DNA of 64,000 nucleotides from Desulfurococcales archaeon (GTDB lineage Archaea; Thermoproteota; Thermoprotei_A; Sulfolobales; Fervidicoccaceae). The position numbers and the translations under genes are program-made. Shown here piece after piece: positions 61,099-64,000 of the stretch. Numbering within the stretch: position 1 is the stretch's first letter; every line of letters starts with the position of its first letter. The notes under the pieces were generated by a model, which made no database searches, was not told the DNA's origin, and saw only the letters and a program-made list of their open reading frames with translations. The stretch covers positions 12,926-76,925 of the forward strand of contig JALWDA010000073.1 of the NCBI GenBank assembly GCA_027014955.1, read 5' to 3'.

Positions 61099-61572
61099 TT
61101 GGGGGAGAAGAGGAAGCCCCGGTTCCTTGAAAACCGCTTGGGTATTATGGGTAACATTGTTCCCTGGGTCCTGATGATACGCGACAACCCCGAGCGGGTG
61201 GCCTTTGTCCTCCACAGGCTCACTGGCCTGCTGCTGATAATATACCTGCCTGTACATATATTTGTGACGAGTATGACTGTGAACCCGCAGAAGTGGGAAG
61301 ACTTCCTACGACTTGAAGAGAACCCGCTTGCCCAGTTCTTCCTATGGATACTCTTCGGCTCCATCGTCTTCCACGGGCTAAATGGGATACGCCTACTGCT
61401 AGTAGAGGGGCTGGGCAAGGGAATAGGAAAGCCAGAACCCCCAGAGCCTCCCTACAAGCCCACAAGCCTTTCATCTGCCCAGAGAAAATGGCTCTACGCG
61501 GTATTCGCTATTTGGCTGATCGTGTGGATAGTGGGAGGCATTATACTTTTTAGAGAATTCGGCTGGGTCTAG
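61099..61572 (+). CDS. sdhC: Succinate dehydrogenase cytochrome b membrane subunit
   Basis: LHRLTG, FHGLNGIR, three TM segments; GGAGGTG RBS. Confidence 0.9.
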   Translation: MGEKRKPRFLENRLGIMGNIVPWVLMIRDNPERVAFVLHRLTGLLLIIYLPVHIFVTSMTVNPQKWEDFLRLEENPLAQFFLWILFGSIVFHGLNGIRLLLVEGLGKGIGKPEPPEPPYKPTSLSSAQRKWLYAVFAIWLIVWIVGGIILFREFGWV

Positions 61573-61585
61573 GAGGTGCATCACC

Positions 61586-61948
61586 GTGCCTCGGGAATCT
61601 ACTCTCCACCTACTCCTTTACGCTACTGCGGGGCTTCTAGCCGTCTTCCTCACAATACACGTTGCCCTCCATGCACCGGGCCTATTTTATGACACCTACA
61701 AGGAAAGCGTGCAGAGGGAGAGTGTCCGTAGGAACTACGAGAACTTCGGATGGGCACTAGTAGCACTGTTAATAGTAGCCGTTATCCACGGCCTCGTAGG
61801 TCTCAGGGGGATACTGCTAGAGCTGAGGCAGGGACCTAGATGGGAGGCCTTCGTCAACTTCCTTGTAGTGTTCCTAGGCGCGTACATGTTGGGTCTGGGC
61901 ACATACACCCTCCTAACATGGCTTGGGATAATGCACTTCGGGGGGTGA
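61586..61948 (+). CDS. sdhD: Succinate dehydrogenase membrane anchor subunit
   Basis: Three TM segments, HGLVGLR..L.E; GGAGGTG RBS. Confidence 0.85.
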   Translation: MPRESTLHLLLYATAGLLAVFLTIHVALHAPGLFYDTYKESVQRESVRRNYENFGWALVALLIVAVIHGLVGLRGILLELRQGPRWEAFVNFLVVFLGAYMLGLGTYTLLTWLGIMHFGG

Positions 61949-61954
61949 GAGCGT

Positions 61955-62902
61955 ATGGGCATCAATGCTAACGGAAGACCCGCTACGCGAGTTGTCAAGA
62001 TAAGGGTACGGAGGTACGATCCAGAGACTGGTAGGAGGTGGTGGCAAGAGTATAGAGTGGAGGCCAAGAAGGGAACCACCGTTCTTGACGCGCTGCTCAA
62101 GATAAAGGCGGAGCAGGACCACACCCTAGCTATGAGGTACTCGTGCAGAATGGGTGCTTGTGGCAGCTGTGGCATGCTTATAAACAAGATGCCCCGCCTC
62201 GCATGCGAGACCCAACTCCTGGAGCTCGGGACAGACACTGTCACCATAGAGCCCCTGCCCAACTTCCCCGTCCTGAGGGACCTGATAACAGACTTCGGCG
62301 ACTTCTTCAAGAAGCATAGGGACATCATGCCCTACATAGTGAGGGAGAGCAAGAAAGAGAACGAGGAGCCCTATAGGGAGTACTACATGCCACCCGACGA
62401 GCTGAACAAGATTATCAGGTACTCCTACTGTATAATGTGCGGCCTATGCTACGCCGCTTGCCCCGTGGTCGCTATCGACAAGAAGTTCCTAGGACCACAG
62501 GCACTGGGACAGGCATACAGGTGGGTCACCGATGTTAGGGACGAGGGTCTTAGGCTCAGGCTGGAAAAGGTAGATGACAAGCACGGTGTATGGAGATGCC
62601 ACTTCGCTGGCTCCTGCTCCGCAGCCTGCCCCAAGGGAGTTGACCCCGCTCAGGGAATACAGCTCCTCCGCTCAAAGCTGGTCGCGCTCACCGCCGGGGC
62701 TAGAAGAGATAAGAAACCGACCCATGTGGCGACTCCAACCACCGTACGCTATGTCGATGTGGGGGATGCTCCCAAGCCTACCGTGGAGGATAAGAGCCTG
62801 CTCGTCAAGCACCTCGAGGAGACGGCCCAAGAGCTGGAGCAGGACCTTCCATACGTTGCACAGGCTCTGAGGGACTACCTCCGCACAATAACGTCGTCAT
62901 AA
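61955..62902 (+). CDS. sdhB: Succinate dehydrogenase iron-sulfur subunit
   Basis: SCRMGACGSC...LAC, CIMCGLCYAACP, CHFAGSCSAACP. Confidence 0.96.
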   Translation: MGINANGRPATRVVKIRVRRYDPETGRRWWQEYRVEAKKGTTVLDALLKIKAEQDHTLAMRYSCRMGACGSCGMLINKMPRLACETQLLELGTDTVTIEPLPNFPVLRDLITDFGDFFKKHRDIMPYIVRESKKENEEPYREYYMPPDELNKIIRYSYCIMCGLCYAACPVVAIDKKFLGPQALGQAYRWVTDVRDEGLRLRLEKVDDKHGVWRCHFAGSCSAACPKGVDPAQGIQLLRSKLVALTAGARRDKKPTHVATPTTVRYVDVGDAPKPTVEDKSLLVKHLEETAQELEQDLPYVAQALRDYLRTITSS

Positions 62903-62978
62903 ATATTTTTCATGCCGTATGGCATAGCCACTTATCGTGGAAAATAATGAGGCTATAAAACTAAACCAGAGGCCCTTA

Positions 62979-64000
62979 TCAGGCTGTTAAATCCCTAGAA
63001 TGCCAGTCAACTTCTTCAAGCGCGCCCCCTAGGCTTATTATTTCTCTGACCTCGCTCACTCTTGCATCCAGCCTCCTGTCTCCAAAAGTGTTTGAAAAGT
63101 AAAGCTCCCCTGACCTGGCGAGGGACTCGCTTCCCGTCTTTCCCGAGAGCCATATCAGCTCTGCAACTGCTATTGTTTTAGCCAGTGTATCGAGGACGTT
63201 TTTAGCCATCCATTGCGCCTTGTAAGAGTCCTCTCCTATAGAGCGGATAGCCTTTCTCGCTATCTCTAGGAGTTCCTCCCCCAACCTATGGCTGGCAACC
63301 CAGTAACTGGACGTGACCATGTTTTCAAGGTCTTCCAACATACTTTTATGAGCGTTCTTCTTAACCATAGCCTCGAGCATATCCAGGGCCTGTACATTGC
63401 TCGTCCCCTCCCAGATTGGAGTTATCAGAGCCTCCCTGTGCCACCTCTCTATGGGGAACTCGTGGAGGAAACCAATACCTCCGTAGACTTCCATTGCCCT
63501 CCTGGTCACGTCCGCGGCTATGTCTGCGGTGAAGTTCTTGGCCATGTGCGTGAGTAACCTGGCATAGTGATACTTGTCGTCATATGGGGGCTCTTTCTTC
63601 CATGACTTGTCAAAAGAATCTATCGCCTTGAGTGTTAGCGCTAGGCCTGCTTCGATGCCTAGCTCTGCTTCGAGCAGGTCCCGGGCGAGGAGCGGGTGTT
63701 CTATAATCCTCTTTCCAAACGCCCTTCTTACCTGCGAGTAACCGTATGCCTCAATATATGCTTTTCTTGCAATACCGAGCGCCCCTATAGAGTTGGCGAG
63801 CCTTGAAACCATGAGGTCCTCCATGGTGTAGTAGATACCATTCTCGGGCTCGCCTATGAGATGTGCCTCGCTCCCAATAAGCTCGACCTCTCCCGTGGGA
63901 ACAGAAATTGTCCCGCTTTTCCATTTGAGCCTCCTAACCCTGTAGTTCAGAAACCCCTTACTATCCAGGCGGGGGACGGCAAACAGTGCCAACCCTTTCG
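62979..64000 (-). CDS. Acyl-CoA dehydrogenase family (AidB-like), C-terminal part (runs off the right edge)
   Basis: RRLK.KSGT.SVPTGE, R.AFGK.I..HPL, AMEVYGGIG, IWEGTSN. Confidence 0.9.
   Translation of the reverse strand, partial: KGLALFAVPRLDSKGFLNYRVRRLKWKSGTISVPTGEVELIGSEAHLIGEPENGIYYTMEDLMVSRLANSIGALGIARKAYIEAYGYSQVRRAFGKRIIEHPLLARDLLEAELGIEAGLALTLKAIDSFDKSWKKEPPYDDKYHYARLLTHMAKNFTADIAADVTRRAMEVYGGIGFLHEFPIERWHREALITPIWEGTSNVQALDMLEAMVKKNAHKSMLEDLENMVTSSYWVASHRLGEELLEIARKAIRSIGEDSYKAQWMAKNVLDTLAKTIAVAELIWLSGKTGSESLARSGELYFSNTFGDRRLDARVSEVREIISLGGALEEVDWHSRDLTA

Overview
Gene-dense core-chromosome segment of a thermophilic crenarchaeon (Thermoprotei, probably Desulfurococcales/Acidilobales-like, judged from gene content, GGTGA/GGAGG ribosome-binding sites, TATA-type promoters and frequent GTG/TTG starts). 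It encodes DNA ligase, UDG, MPG, HisRS, MetAP, a five-gene peptide ABC transporter, split MetE, the HMG-CoA synthase/thiolase/DUF35 operon, AdoMet decarboxylase, two eIF2B/R15P-isomerase paralogues, Trm5/TYW1, pyruvate kinase, PPDK, a 2-oxoacid:ferredoxin oxidoreductase, succinate dehydrogenase (A-C-D-B) and tRNA-Gly(TCC). I saw no mobile element, CRISPR array or defence island, and no clearly novel multi-gene system. The most interesting signals are outside the ORF track or at residue level: four intergenic box C/D guide-RNA candidates (three with recognisable rRNA targets), an MTHFR-like gene that needs a non-canonical (probably CTG) start, a thiolase with no cysteine, a GGDEF-like orphan domain, an eIF2B-alpha-like paralogue coupled to R15P isomerase, a circularly permuted solute-binding protein and several degenerate enzymes. 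All family and rRNA-target assignments come from motif recognition and memory; no database search was run.
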